The notes under the pieces: generated by a model
What the model saw: the letters and a program-made list of their open reading frames with translations, nothing else
Databases searched by the model: none
What the model was told of the DNA's origin: nothing
Shown here: piece after piece, positions 43,816 through 54,256 of the stretch
Position numbering within the stretch: the first letter of the stretch is position 1
Layout: the number at the start of each line of letters is the position of its first letter
Assembly: GCA_964450065.1 (NCBI GenBank)
Contig: CAYVGR010000001.1
Location: forward strand, 1 to 54,483
DNA length: 54,483 nucleotides
From: an uncultured Prevotella sp.
GTDB taxonomy: Bacteria; Bacteroidota; Bacteroidia; Bacteroidales; Bacteroidaceae
Direction: 5' to 3'
Made by a program: the position numbers and the translations under genes

Positions 43816-44938
43816 TTTAGATGTATTATTTAGAAATTTAAATAAGAAATATGGCGACGGGACAGCAGTGCTTGGACCAGTAGAAAGGCAATATAGTAGG
43901 ATCCCGTTTTCAAGCCCAAGAGCTAATTATATGCTTTATGGGGGAATACCTACAGGGAGGTTAATAGAACTATCAGGGCCAGAAAGTTCAGGTAAAACAA
44001 CCACAATGCTAGACTTGATAGCTAATTACCAGAGAATGCCTGAAGCAAGAGAAGTAGTAATATTTGATAACGAGCAAACATTCGATTACGAGTACGCAGC
44101 AAGGCTCGGCGTCAATGTAAAGAAAATACGAGTGATAAGTCCAGATGCTATATCGGCTGAAGCAGCTTTTGATATACTACTAGACCTGTTAAAAACTGGA
44201 GAAGTAGGATTATTAGGAATAGATAGTATAGCTACATTAGTACCGCAACAGATAGTAGACGAATCATCAGAAAAATACCAAATGGGCGGTATAGCTAAAT
44301 CATTAACAACTTTTGTAAATAAAGCAATCCCATATATGAAAAAATTTGATACAACTATAATTGCTATTAACCAAGTAAGGGATGATATGGCAAATATGTA
44401 CAATCAATTTACAACTCCAGGTGGAAGAGCATTCAAGCATGCATGTTCGGTTAGAATACTATGCAGCATGGGTAGATTCATAGATGAGAATGGTAACCCT
44501 GCAACTAGGTCATTAGCTAATCCTATAGGACATTTTGTACAATTAAGAGTATTGAAATCAAAAATATCTAGACCAGATAGGAAATTAGGATATTACACCC
44601 TAAACTACATAACAGGAATAGATTATTTAGGTGATACGATAGATACAGCAATCGAGTTTGGATTTATAAGACAACGAGGAGCTTGGTTTGATATAGTTGA
44701 CCCTAAAACAGGAGAAGCAGTAATAACAAAAGATGGCGAAGTCTTAAAATTCCAAGGCAGAAAAAGATTACAAGAATATTATGAGCAGAATAAAAAAGAA
44801 TTTCAGAAATTACATAAAAAGGTAAACGAAGAAATAGTAAAAACAGAAAAAGCAGAAGACTTATTAACACCAGAAGAGTTTGATGATGACAACGAAGAAG
44901 AAACAGCAATAGAGGCAGGAGAGCAAGCAAATGAATAG
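43808..44938 (+). CDS. recA: RecA/UvsX recombinase
   Basis: GGIPTGRLIELSGPESSGKTT, IDSIATLVP, INQVRD, TPGGRAFKH, GAWF. Confidence 0.95.
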   Translation: MSNLDVLFRNLNKKYGDGTAVLGPVERQYSRIPFSSPRANYMLYGGIPTGRLIELSGPESSGKTTTMLDLIANYQRMPEAREVVIFDNEQTFDYEYAARLGVNVKKIRVISPDAISAEAAFDILLDLLKTGEVGLLGIDSIATLVPQQIVDESSEKYQMGGIAKSLTTFVNKAIPYMKKFDTTIIAINQVRDDMANMYNQFTTPGGRAFKHACSVRILCSMGRFIDENGNPATRSLANPIGHFVQLRVLKSKISRPDRKLGYYTLNYITGIDYLGDTIDTAIEFGFIRQRGAWFDIVDPKTGEAVITKDGEVLKFQGRKRLQEYYEQNKKEFQKLHKKVNEEIVKTEKAEDLLTPEEFDDDNEEETAIEAGEQANE

Positions 44939-45539
44939 AGATATAAAGCAAGAGTTCTTAGATATATATAATACTCATATAAAAAGAGACGGAAGCGAAT
45001 CACTACTTAAATGGTTAGAGGAGAGTGATTTCTTCACTGCTCCGGCTTCAGGAAGATATCATTTAGCGGAAGAGACTGGACTAGTCCAACATTCAATAAA
45101 TGTATATAAAAGATTTAGAGACTTATTAGTGACTGAGTATGGAGAAGATTATGTAGTAAATACAATATCAGAAGAGACAGTAGCTATTATCGGCTTACTG
45201 CATGATATATGCAAAGTAAATTTTTATACTAAAGGCACTCGAAACGTTAAAAACGAAGCAACAGGTCAATGGGAAAAAGTAGAAGTTTGGAATGTAGATG
45301 AAAAAATGGTTTACGGCCATGGGTCTAAATCAGTATATATATTGATGAGATTTATATACTTAACACATGAGGAAGCTACAGCTATTAGGTTTCATATGGG
45401 TGGATTTGAGTACCCTGGTACAACTTTCGTAGAACCTGGACTAACTAAAGTATATAACGAATTCCCATTAACTTTAATGATTCATCTAGCAGATATGCAA
45501 GCATGTTACTTAGATGAGGTATATAAAGGTGATAAATAA
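44931..45539 (+). CDS. HD-domain phosphohydrolase
   Basis: FFTAPAS..H..GL..HS, LLHDICK, GHGSKS, AIRFHMG, HLAD. Confidence 0.9.
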   Translation: MNRDIKQEFLDIYNTHIKRDGSESLLKWLEESDFFTAPASGRYHLAEETGLVQHSINVYKRFRDLLVTEYGEDYVVNTISEETVAIIGLLHDICKVNFYTKGTRNVKNEATGQWEKVEVWNVDEKMVYGHGSKSVYILMRFIYLTHEEATAIRFHMGGFEYPGTTFVEPGLTKVYNEFPLTLMIHLADMQACYLDEVYKGDK

Positions 45540-46026
45540 ATTAATATCAGATCAGATAGATAGTATTAGAGATATAGAAGTACAGACAAGTAAGGGTATA
45601 AAACCCTTAGGGGAAGTAATTAAAGCCGAAGGTGATATAGAGTTTATAGCAAGTAAGGATAAGTATATATTTGAGATAAACTATCTAGAGCCAGGTCAAG
45701 ATTACCTATTCAAGTTCAATCAAAGAAATGAAAATATCCCCTTATCTATTATGGGAGGCAGAGTAATAGAGAAAGGGGATAATTTTATTAAAGTGAATTT
45801 AAAAGGTTATTACATAGAAGAAAGTAAGCACTGTTTAAGAACATTAAAGAAGTTAGAAACAGATATAGAACATAAAATGAAAATGAATGAAGAAAGCTTA
45901 AAAGCCTTTAATATAGATAAAGAGATGGTAATTAAAACCAGCATAGCGGAGATCGCAAGCTTTTATGATACAATAAGGTACGAGGGCGATATATCAATAT
46001 ATGATATAGAAGAGGTGATAAAGTAA
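45514..46026 (+). CDS. Hypothetical protein
   Basis: ORF coupled to neighbours. Confidence 0.55.
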   Translation: MRYIKVINKLISDQIDSIRDIEVQTSKGIKPLGEVIKAEGDIEFIASKDKYIFEINYLEPGQDYLFKFNQRNENIPLSIMGGRVIEKGDNFIKVNLKGYYIEESKHCLRTLKKLETDIEHKMKMNEESLKAFNIDKEMVIKTSIAEIASFYDTIRYEGDISIYDIEEVIK

Positions 46027-46367
46027 TGAACATGCGAGCATATTCCGATAAGCAGGAGAAAGCAGTAGCAAGAGCTATCGGAGGTAGGCAGACAGCTAAT
46101 AGTGGTGCAACTCCATACCAAAAAGGAGATGTATTAACAGACCATGTATTAGTTGAATGTAAGACAGTTACTAAACCGCAGGGTTCAGTATCAATAAAAA
46201 AAGAATGATTAGAAAAGAATCGGAAAGAAGCATTTGCAACCGGTAGATATCATCACATGTTAGCATTTAATTTTGGACCTGGGGAGGAAAACTATTATAT
46301 AATAACAGAAGATGAAGCTTCAGGGTATATAGATTATATAGAGAAGTTAGAAAAAGGCGAAATATAG
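46026..46367 (+). CDS. Hjc-like PD-(D/E)XK resolvase/nuclease (code 4)
   Basis: QEKAVA..GG..NSGA..KGDV..VECKT..E[W]LEK..EA. Confidence 0.75.
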
Positions 46368-46376
46368 GAGAGATAA

Positions 46377-47399
46377 ATGTCAGTAAATTTAGCAGTTAAA
46401 TATAGACCAGAAACCATACATGAATTAGTAGAACAGGATGCAATTAAAAAAATACTAATACAGCAGGTAGAATTAGGGAGATATAAAAACTCATACTTAT
46501 TCACCGGTAGCGCTGGAACAGGGAAGACAACCCTAGCTAGAGCTTTTGCAAAAGCTATTAATAATAATTTAGGTAGACCAATAGAGAAAGACGTAGCTTC
46601 TAATAATAGTGTAGAAGATGTACGAAAGTTAATATCAGAATCTCAAATGAAAGCACTAACTGGAGAGTATAAAGTATATATATTAGATGAGTGTCACATG
46701 TATTCTACATCAGCATGGAATGCTATGTTAAAATTGCTAGAAGAGCCACCTGCAAAAACTATATTCATATTTTGTACAACAGATCCACAAAAGATACCCG
46801 GCACTATTTTAAGTAGGGTGCAAAGATTTGACTTCCAAAGAATAAGTACAAGAAATATAATTAAAAGATTGGAATACATAATACAGGAAGAAATTAAAAA
46901 AGGCAGCGAATACACTTTCACAGAAGATGCTTTAGAATTTATAGCAAAAACAGCAGAAGGTGGAATGAGAGATGCTATCACCATGTTAGAAAAATGCTTA
47001 AGTTATACAAAAGATATTAATCTAGATGTAGTTGTTAAAGTTATAGGATCAGCTAATTATGAAACAATGCTAGATTTAACCGAGTATTTATTTGAGAGGA
47101 AAGAAGTATACACCTTAGATCTTATTGATAGGTTATATAGAGAAGGCATAGATATAAAGTTATTCATTAAACAATACACAGAGTTCTTTTTAGATATATT
47201 AAAATATAAACTAACTTCTAGTTTTGATTTAATAAAAATACCGAGTACATTTAAAAATAGATTAGATAGCTTCACAGCATATGAAAGAGACTTTATATTC
47301 TATGTATTAGATAATCTAGTTAAGCTGAATACAACTATTAAATACGAGCAGAATCCAAAAGCAATGGTAGAGATGCAACTATTACTAATGAGTAAGTAG
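46377..47399 (+). CDS. dnaX: Clamp loader ATPase, DnaX gamma-like
   Basis: LAVKYRP, GTGKTT, DECHM, NAMLKLLEEPP, TILSRVQ, GGMRDA. Confidence 0.93.
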   Translation: MSVNLAVKYRPETIHELVEQDAIKKILIQQVELGRYKNSYLFTGSAGTGKTTLARAFAKAINNNLGRPIEKDVASNNSVEDVRKLISESQMKALTGEYKVYILDECHMYSTSAWNAMLKLLEEPPAKTIFIFCTTDPQKIPGTILSRVQRFDFQRISTRNIIKRLEYIIQEEIKKGSEYTFTEDALEFIAKTAEGGMRDAITMLEKCLSYTKDINLDVVVKVIGSANYETMLDLTEYLFERKEVYTLDLIDRLYREGIDIKLFIKQYTEFFLDILKYKLTSSFDLIKIPSTFKNRLDSFTAYERDFIFYVLDNLVKLNTTIKYEQNPKAMVEMQLLLMSK

Positions 47400-47401
47400 A
47401 T

Positions 47402-48232
47402 ATGATAGGACAAAAGCAGATAATAGAAAATATAAATAATTTAATACAGAATGATAAGTACCCAAAATTCACAATAATAATAGGAAGGGAAGGGTTTGGC
47501 AAAAAGACCTTAGCTAGATATATAGGTAAGAAGTTAAAATATGATGCATTATTTTTTGAAAATAAAATAGACGATATTAGATCAAGTATAGATATAGCTT
47601 TAAGGCATAATGGTAATCTATTATTCATATTTAAAGATGCTGAAGGAATGTCAATTCAAGCAAAAAATGCTTTATTAAAACTAGTTGAAGAACCACCAGC
47701 AAACATAAGAGTTATATTACTAAGCACCGCTAAAGAACATTTACTACCTACAATATTGAGTAGAGGGCATTTAATAGACCTATATTATTACACAAGAGAA
47801 GAATTATTAGAATATTGCGAAACTAAAAATATTCAAGGAGAGTATGCTTCCAAACTCTTAGAAGTATCAAACAGCCCTGGTGAAATAAATCAAGCTATAG
47901 ATAATAACATAGATGATATAATAGAATTATCTCATAAGATAGTAAATAATATCCATGTGGTTAGTTTACCTAACCTATTAAAAATAGTGAAAGATTTAAA
48001 ATATAAAGAAACAGACAAGGGACATGATTTTAATATATTCTTAAATAGTCTAAGGAACGCAGTAAAGAATTTTATAGTAAACAATAATCTGGACTATGAA
48101 AATACTTTTAGATATACTAAAATATTAGAATATATAGCAGAATCAAGTAACGCGTTAAATTATAAACAGTCAAATAAAAGGTATATAATAGATAAATTAT
48201 TTATAGATATATATACAATATGAGGCGGATAG
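47402..48232 (+). CDS. holB: Clamp loader delta-prime (HolB-like)
   Basis: MIGQ..G.EG.GKKT..NALLKLVEEPP..LLPTILSR; ends TGA GGC GGA TAG. Confidence 0.8.
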
Positions 48233-48236
48233 ATAG

Positions 48237-49151
48237 ATGGAATTATGAGATTTAAAAAATAATATAATTAATAAAACTATACCAAAACTTATTATAATGA
48301 CGGGAGAAGAGATAGGCTTAATAAGAGCTTATGTAGATGAAATATCACGATCTCTCAATGTTGAGCCAGCTTATGCAGATAGTGTAATTCAAGCAGTGAA
48401 TAACTCTAAGATGAAAAGTTTAGTAAGCAAGAAAGACAAATTAGTTATAATAAGGGACGATAAAGCATTCTCACAAGACCCTAATCTATGGCACCATTTA
48501 AAGAGATTAAGTATACATATAGTATTAATATATACAAGTATAGATAAAAGATCTAAATTTTACAAAACATTTAAACCATATATAGTATATTTCGATAAAA
48601 TGGATACAAGTATACTTAAGCAAGTTCTAAAAAGTAAAATAAATTTATCGGATAAAGCATTAGATTGATTAATAGAAGCAACAAATGGGGATTATAGTAG
48701 ATGTTTATTAGAGATAGATAAACTACTATTATTTGAAGAGCAGGATCATACGGATCTATTTAGAGAGTTTGTAAAGGAAGGAGTTATATATGCAGATATT
48801 CCAGATATAGTATTTGACTTTGCAAACGCGTTGTTAAATAGAAATGTAACACAGACATTTGCTTTAGCTGAGATATTGAAATTAGGAGTAGATCATATAT
48901 TACAAATATTGACAATATTATATAATAATTTTAGGAATGTATTATCGGTACAATTAAGTAATAAGCCGACAGAGAGTAGTACAGGATTAAAAGAAAAGCA
49001 GATTAGAGCTATACAATATAGGGTAGGAAAGTACTCAGATTACGAACTTATTCAGATAGTTAAATTTCTAGGAGAATTCGATCTAGACTTGAAAAGAGAA
49101 GGATTTGATTACGATATAGCTTTAGATTATATTATTAGTAAGGTGTTATAA
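48237..49151 (+). CDS. holA: Clamp loader delta (HolA-like) (code 4)
   Basis: GEE..LI; KSLV..KLVIIRD; DKRSKFYK; LEIDKL; IVFDF; joined across TGAs. Confidence 0.78.
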
Positions 49152-49274
49152 ATGAGGATAACATGCAAAATGTGCGGAAGGAAACTAACAAATATAGAAT
49201 CTAGATTACGGGGCTATGGGCCAGAATGCGCTAAAAAGATATATCGAAATTTAAAGAAAAGAAAGATAATATAA
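49152..49274 (+). CDS. Small Zn-finger protein (DUF6011-like)
   Basis: CKMCGRKLT..ES..RGYGPECA. Confidence 0.75.
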   Translation: MRITCKMCGRKLTNIESRLRGYGPECAKKIYRNLKKRKII

Positions 49275-49283
49275 GAGGAAGAG

Positions 49284-50330
49284 ATGGCGAAAATATTACT
49301 ATATACAGATCCACATTTCTGCTCCGCTACTTCAGTTATTAGGGGCAAGGGGGATAAGTATTCAATAAGAATAGAAAAAATATTAGATACTTTGAGATGG
49401 ATAGAAGAAGAAGGAAACAAAAGAGGAGTAGATGATATAATATGTCTAGGAGACTTTTTTGATTCACCTAACCTAAACGCAGAAGAAATAACAGCAATAA
49501 GCAGCATGGATTTAAGTAAACATAAATTTATAGTAGGAAATCATGATGCGGTTAGAGAGGATTTATCATTTAATTCTATTAACATATTTAATACATCAAA
49601 GATATATGATAAACCTGGTGTAGAGATATACGGAGACACTCAAATAGTAATGCTTCCATATACTTTAGATAGCGCTAGAAAAGAACTAAAAGATATATTA
49701 GATGAATTAGGTATAGACGATGATAAGAAAATAGTAATACTATCACATAATGATATTAAAAATGTACAGTATGGTAAAATAACATCGAGCTCAGGGTATG
49801 ATAAAGACGATATAATAGCTAATTCAGACCTATTTATAAATGGACATATCCATACAGGCGGCTGAGTTTTTGATACTATATTAAACTTAGGGTCTGTGAC
49901 TGGTGTGAATTTTAATAATAATGCATTTTATTGAAAACCTGTAATAGGTATATTAGATACAGAAACATTAGAAATAGAATTAGTAGAAAACCCACATGCA
50001 TTTTTATTTTATAAGTTATATTTCAAGGAAGTGGGAGAGCTAAAAGAATTTATTGATGGACTAGATAATAGTAAATATAATATATTGAATGCTAAAATGC
50101 CATATACAGAGGTACCAAACGCATCGGAAGTATTAAAACAAAGTAATCTTTATTATAGTAGAATAATAAGTGATTATTTAGTTGGAAATAAAAACAAAGA
50201 AGTAAAAGAAAGCGTAGAGCTTATAGATACATCCATGAACTATTACGATAGATTCAAAGAATTTGTAAAAATATCTTATGGAGAAAATGAGTTATTTTTA
50301 AATGAGATAGATAAAATAGCAGAGAGATAA
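49284..50330 (+). CDS. sbcD: SbcD/Mre11 (gp47-like) nuclease (code 4)
   Basis: DPH, LGDFFD, VGNHD, SH, GHIH, LGS. Confidence 0.88.
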
Positions 50331-50332
50331 AT

Positions 50333-52105
50333 ATGAATATACAGTTTAAAAGAGTTGAAGCAAGTAATTTTTTATCCTTAGGGCAAGTCCAATATGATAT
50401 AACTAATGCTGGTTTTGTATTAGTTAGAGGTGAAAACAAAAACCCGCAAGATAATGCTAGTTCTAATGGATCTGGTAAATCAAGCATATTTGAAGCACTT
50501 GTGTGAGCACTAACTGGAGAGACAATTAGAGGAACTAAAGAAATAGTACATAAGAAATCCATAGGTGGAACTTATGTTACAGTAGAGTTCACTGTAGATG
50601 CAGATGATTATAAGATCACAAGATATAGGGAACATGAAGTACATTCAAATACTCTATTAATAGAGGTTAATGGAGAAGATGTATCAGGAAAAGGCGTAAG
50701 AGATACCGAAAAAATACTTCAGGGATACTTACCGGATCTAAATGGAGAACTATTAGGGTCAGTTATAGTATTAGGACAAGGTTTACCACATAAGTTTTCA
50801 TCACTAAGTCCTGTACAGCGAAAAGATACTTTAGAGAGGTTAGCTAAATCAGATTTTATAATAGAAGATATTAAAAATAATTTAAAAGATAATATTAACA
50901 CATTAAAAAAAGCTAGACAAGATATAGAAAAATCAATCTATGGAAATGATAGAGAAATAAATTTAAATAACTCTATAATAGATGAACGAAATAAAGATAT
51001 CGAATCTAATAAATATACAAAAGAGCAAGTAGACAACCTTATAGAAAAAGACAGAAAAGATATATTAAGTAATCAAACTACAATAAGAGATATGGAAATA
51101 ACCCTAAAAGAGTTACTAGAGGAGAAGACATTAAAACAGCAAGAGCAAGTAGAAGTTGATAAAAACTATATGGAACAGAACCAAAATAACAATATGTTGA
51201 AATATGAAATAAATCAGATATTGAAACATATAAGAGAAGTGGAAGAAGCTCCAACCATATGTGGACAATGTAAACGACCTTTTGATGAATCACATAAACT
51301 TGATATAACCAAAGATAAAATAAAACTAGAGGAATTACAAACTAAACAAGTTCAATCAGAACTTGAGTTTAAAAGCGTGCTAGATCAAAAAAATGCTATA
51401 CAAACTGATATATATGTCATAGATAAAGAGATGCTAGATATAAACACTAAACTAAGCAATAGTAAAAATAAAATAAGAGATCTAGAGTTAAACATACAGT
51501 ACCTATCTCAAATACAGTTAAAGATAACAATGTGATTGCAGGATATAAAAAAAGCCAATGAAAGAATAACAGAACTTAATAAATCTAATATAGAACTGAA
51601 TACGAATCTAGAGAACATAAATCAAAGGTTAGATATATTAAATAAACTATATAACCTAGCAAATAAGGAATTCAGAGTATATTTATTAGAGAATATAGTA
51701 GAATATATACAAGTACAAGTAAAGAGATACAGTAAAGAGTTATTTAATACAACTTATGCTGATTTTAGATTAGATAAAAATAATATTTGGATAGGATATG
51801 ATAATAAACAATATGAGAGCTTATCAGGTGGGGAGAGGCAAAAAATAGATATAAGTATACAATTCGCTTTAAGAGATATGCTTATGACATTACTGAACTT
51901 CTCATGTAATTTATTAGTACTGGATGAATTATTTGATAACCTTGATGAGTTAGGAAGTGAGAGTTTAGTAGAATTATTAACAGATTTAAAAGATGTGGAC
52001 TCCGTATTTATAATAACGCATCATGCACATATACCAATACCATATGATAAAGAAATAATAATAAGTAAGAATGAGAAAGGCTTTTCAGAAATAATAAATA
52101 GGTAG
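50333..52105 (+). CDS. sbcC: SbcC/Rad50 (gp46-like) ATPase (code 4)
   Basis: NGSGKSS..ALV[W]AL, Zn hook CGQC, LSGGE, LDELFDNLD, ITH. Confidence 0.92.
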
Positions 52106-52109
52106 TAAT

Positions 52110-52811
52110 ATGACATTAAAAGAACTAGATGAAAAATACAAACATATGATAAGATCTGATAATATAAATGAAGAAGAGATGTATGATATAATATATAAGA
52201 TGGTATATAAAGTAGCAAGAAGGAATAGGCTATTCACTCAGTCTTATAATTATCCAGACTTCTCTACATATATGGCAGGATCTATGATGATTAGAGCTTT
52301 AGATAAAACAAAAACACCAGTTAAATCTATGCTAGGGTATATCAGTTTTGCCTGAAGAGGATTCTACCACGTATTTATAAATGAAGAGTTTCCACTAATG
52401 ATAGATACTAATATAATGCCAAACGGACCGCTACTAGCGGAAAGTTTAAGTGATATGGTGAGAGAAGAAGTAGTAAGTCAAGCAGAAGCAACAGATAGGG
52501 TAGAAGAGGTATCATACATACGATCAATACCTAAGATACTAGACAGCATATTAGATAAGAGTATATATTCGAACAGTTCGTATAGGCATTGAATGAAGCT
52601 TAAAGTATTATGAGATCTAGTAAATCCATATATAAAATTCAATATTAAACTACCACATCATATAGATCAATATTCTAGTATTATAAAAACAAAAATACAT
52701 GAAGAGATATATAATAATATACAAGAAATGATATCAGAACAGTCTTTCACTTATGATATGATAAGACGAGCAAATTATATAGGAAATGTAGACGGAGGAG
52801 AGAATGAGTAA
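52110..52811 (+). CDS. Possible late sigma factor (T4 gp55-like) (code 4)
   Basis: Joined across three TGAs; weak resemblance (IYKMVYKVAR..F..Y..D..K..GYI) and location beside gp46/47-like genes. Confidence 0.4.
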
Positions 52812-53187
52812 ATACATAGATATAGAGAAATTAAATGAATCAGATATATTCTCAACCTCCTTATTTATTTTATATAGGATATCTAAAATTCCAGAATATT
52901 CATTGATAAGTGAATTACCTTATTTATTAGATGAGGATAATATGTTAAAGTTAATTACGTATTATGGCGGTAAGACAATTAAGATACCAACATTAGGAGA
53001 ATTTAAAGGAACTTTAAAGATACTACTCTTGTATCAAGGATATAAAGTAGAAGGAAAACCCTGGTTAGAATCATTAAGAGCAGCTGGGTATGATATAACC
53101 GAAGCAAGGCAAGCGGAAAAAGAGTTAAAGAAATTTCAAGATACGTTAAAGAAATATAATATAACTAGGAAGAACTTCTATGAGTAA
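52804..53187 (+). CDS. Mor/C-like transcription regulator
   Basis: LKLITYYGGKTIKIP motif. Confidence 0.55.
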   Translation: MSKYIDIEKLNESDIFSTSLFILYRISKIPEYSLISELPYLLDEDNMLKLITYYGGKTIKIPTLGEFKGTLKILLLYQGYKVEGKPWLESLRAAGYDITEARQAEKELKKFQDTLKKYNITRKNFYE

Positions 53188-53410
53188 ACTAATTAAACTA
53201 ATGCACAAAATAGAAGTATGGAAAAACATAGATAAAGATGAGCTACTGTTTGAAAATATAGAAAGAAAGTTACATAATAGTCTATTAAACTATAATAGGC
53301 GATTAAAAGAAAATTTAGATAGGGTAATAAACAACATGGTATTTATGGATGAGATAAAAACATTAAAGCATATAAATACTAAGATAATAAGACAGAAAAA
53401 AAGGAGATAG
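53180..53410 (+). CDS. Hypothetical protein
   Basis: Coupled ORF. Confidence 0.5.
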   Translation: MSKLIKLMHKIEVWKNIDKDELLFENIERKLHNSLLNYNRRLKENLDRVINNMVFMDEIKTLKHINTKIIRQKKRR

Positions 53411-53418
53411 AATAATTA

Positions 53419-53763
53419 ATGAAAATAGATAAAGACTTATATATTAAAGAAGTCGCAACATTAAGTGGACTATCGGAAGCTACCTTAAAAAAACTATATA
53501 GGATAAATATGCTAATATTATCCCATGAACTTAATGCTCAAGAACAGTTAGAAGAAGGCACTAAAAAATACGTTAATTTAGGAACATATGGACAGTTAGA
53601 GATAACAGAAATAAACAATCGATTAGTATATAGGTTTCACGCAAGTGCTGAATTCAATAAAGTGGTACGTCGATCTATTTTAGAAAAGCAAAATCTATTA
53701 ACGAATAGGCTAAGCGACAAATTAATTAAACATATAGAGAAAACTTACAGAGATATAATATAG
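53419..53763 (+). CDS. HU/IHF-like DNA-binding protein
   Basis: IKEVA..SGLS..VNLGTYGQLEI..RF.AS..F. Confidence 0.6.
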   Translation: MKIDKDLYIKEVATLSGLSEATLKKLYRINMLILSHELNAQEQLEEGTKKYVNLGTYGQLEITEINNRLVYRFHASAEFNKVVRRSILEKQNLLTNRLSDKLIKHIEKTYRDII

Positions 53764-53772
53764 GAGAGTTAA

Positions 53773-54255
53773 ATGGCGAAAGACAATAAAAAATTAGAAC
53801 TAACAAAAACAGATTCGTTAGAGTATCTAACTAGAAAAGTATTAGATTCTAAAAGTGATGTAGACGTTAAACGCTTTACCTCTCTGCTTCGAATAAGTCA
53901 AGCAAAAAAAGAATTAATAAGAGTAGTAAGACTGACGGAAGCATTAGATAGATTAGAGGAAGAACTATTTAAAAGATTAGAAGATTCCCCAGAAAGATTC
54001 CATACGGATGAATTAATGAACTTAACTAAAGTTATTCAATCTTCTATAGATAGGTCTAATAAGATAATTGATGATTTGCATGAGAATGAAACATTATTAT
54101 CGACTATATCGGTAACCAAAATAGCTGTTAAGCCGCCCAAATCAAGTACTTTTGATTTAAATGCTAGAGAGAGAATTAAGAACGCTGTTAGTGGTATTAT
54201 TAAATCATTAGAAGAGGAAGAAAGAATAATAATCGAAGTACCAGAAGAGGAATAA
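53773..54255 (+). CDS. Putative terminase small subunit
   Basis: Helical protein directly upstream of probable TerL; synteny only. Confidence 0.4.
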   Translation: MAKDNKKLELTKTDSLEYLTRKVLDSKSDVDVKRFTSLLRISQAKKELIRVVRLTEALDRLEEELFKRLEDSPERFHTDELMNLTKVIQSSIDRSNKIIDDLHENETLLSTISVTKIAVKPPKSSTFDLNARERIKNAVSGIIKSLEEEERIIIEVPEEE

Positions 54256-54256
54256 A

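Noticed and set aside
35905-47399. Inteins or introns in polA, recA or dnaX
   Set aside because: Lengths and motif spacing are normal; no intein termini seen
30271-49220. Additional reassignment of AGG, CGG or TAG
   Set aside because: AGG sits at invariant Arg (DRAHRIG 30271; RecA GR 43958), CGG at the Arg of RGYGP, and TAG ends genes normally (e.g. 2185)
3266-50506. TGA as Gly (code 25) or selenocysteine
   Set aside because: Contexts match Trp, not Gly or Cys; tandem TGATGA occurs (18841, 23178) and no SECIS-like pattern was seen
2210-52811. Widespread pseudogenes or sequencing errors
   Set aside because: Every break I traced is an in-frame TGA, never a frameshift or TAA/TAG, and many fall at conserved Trp sites in essential genes
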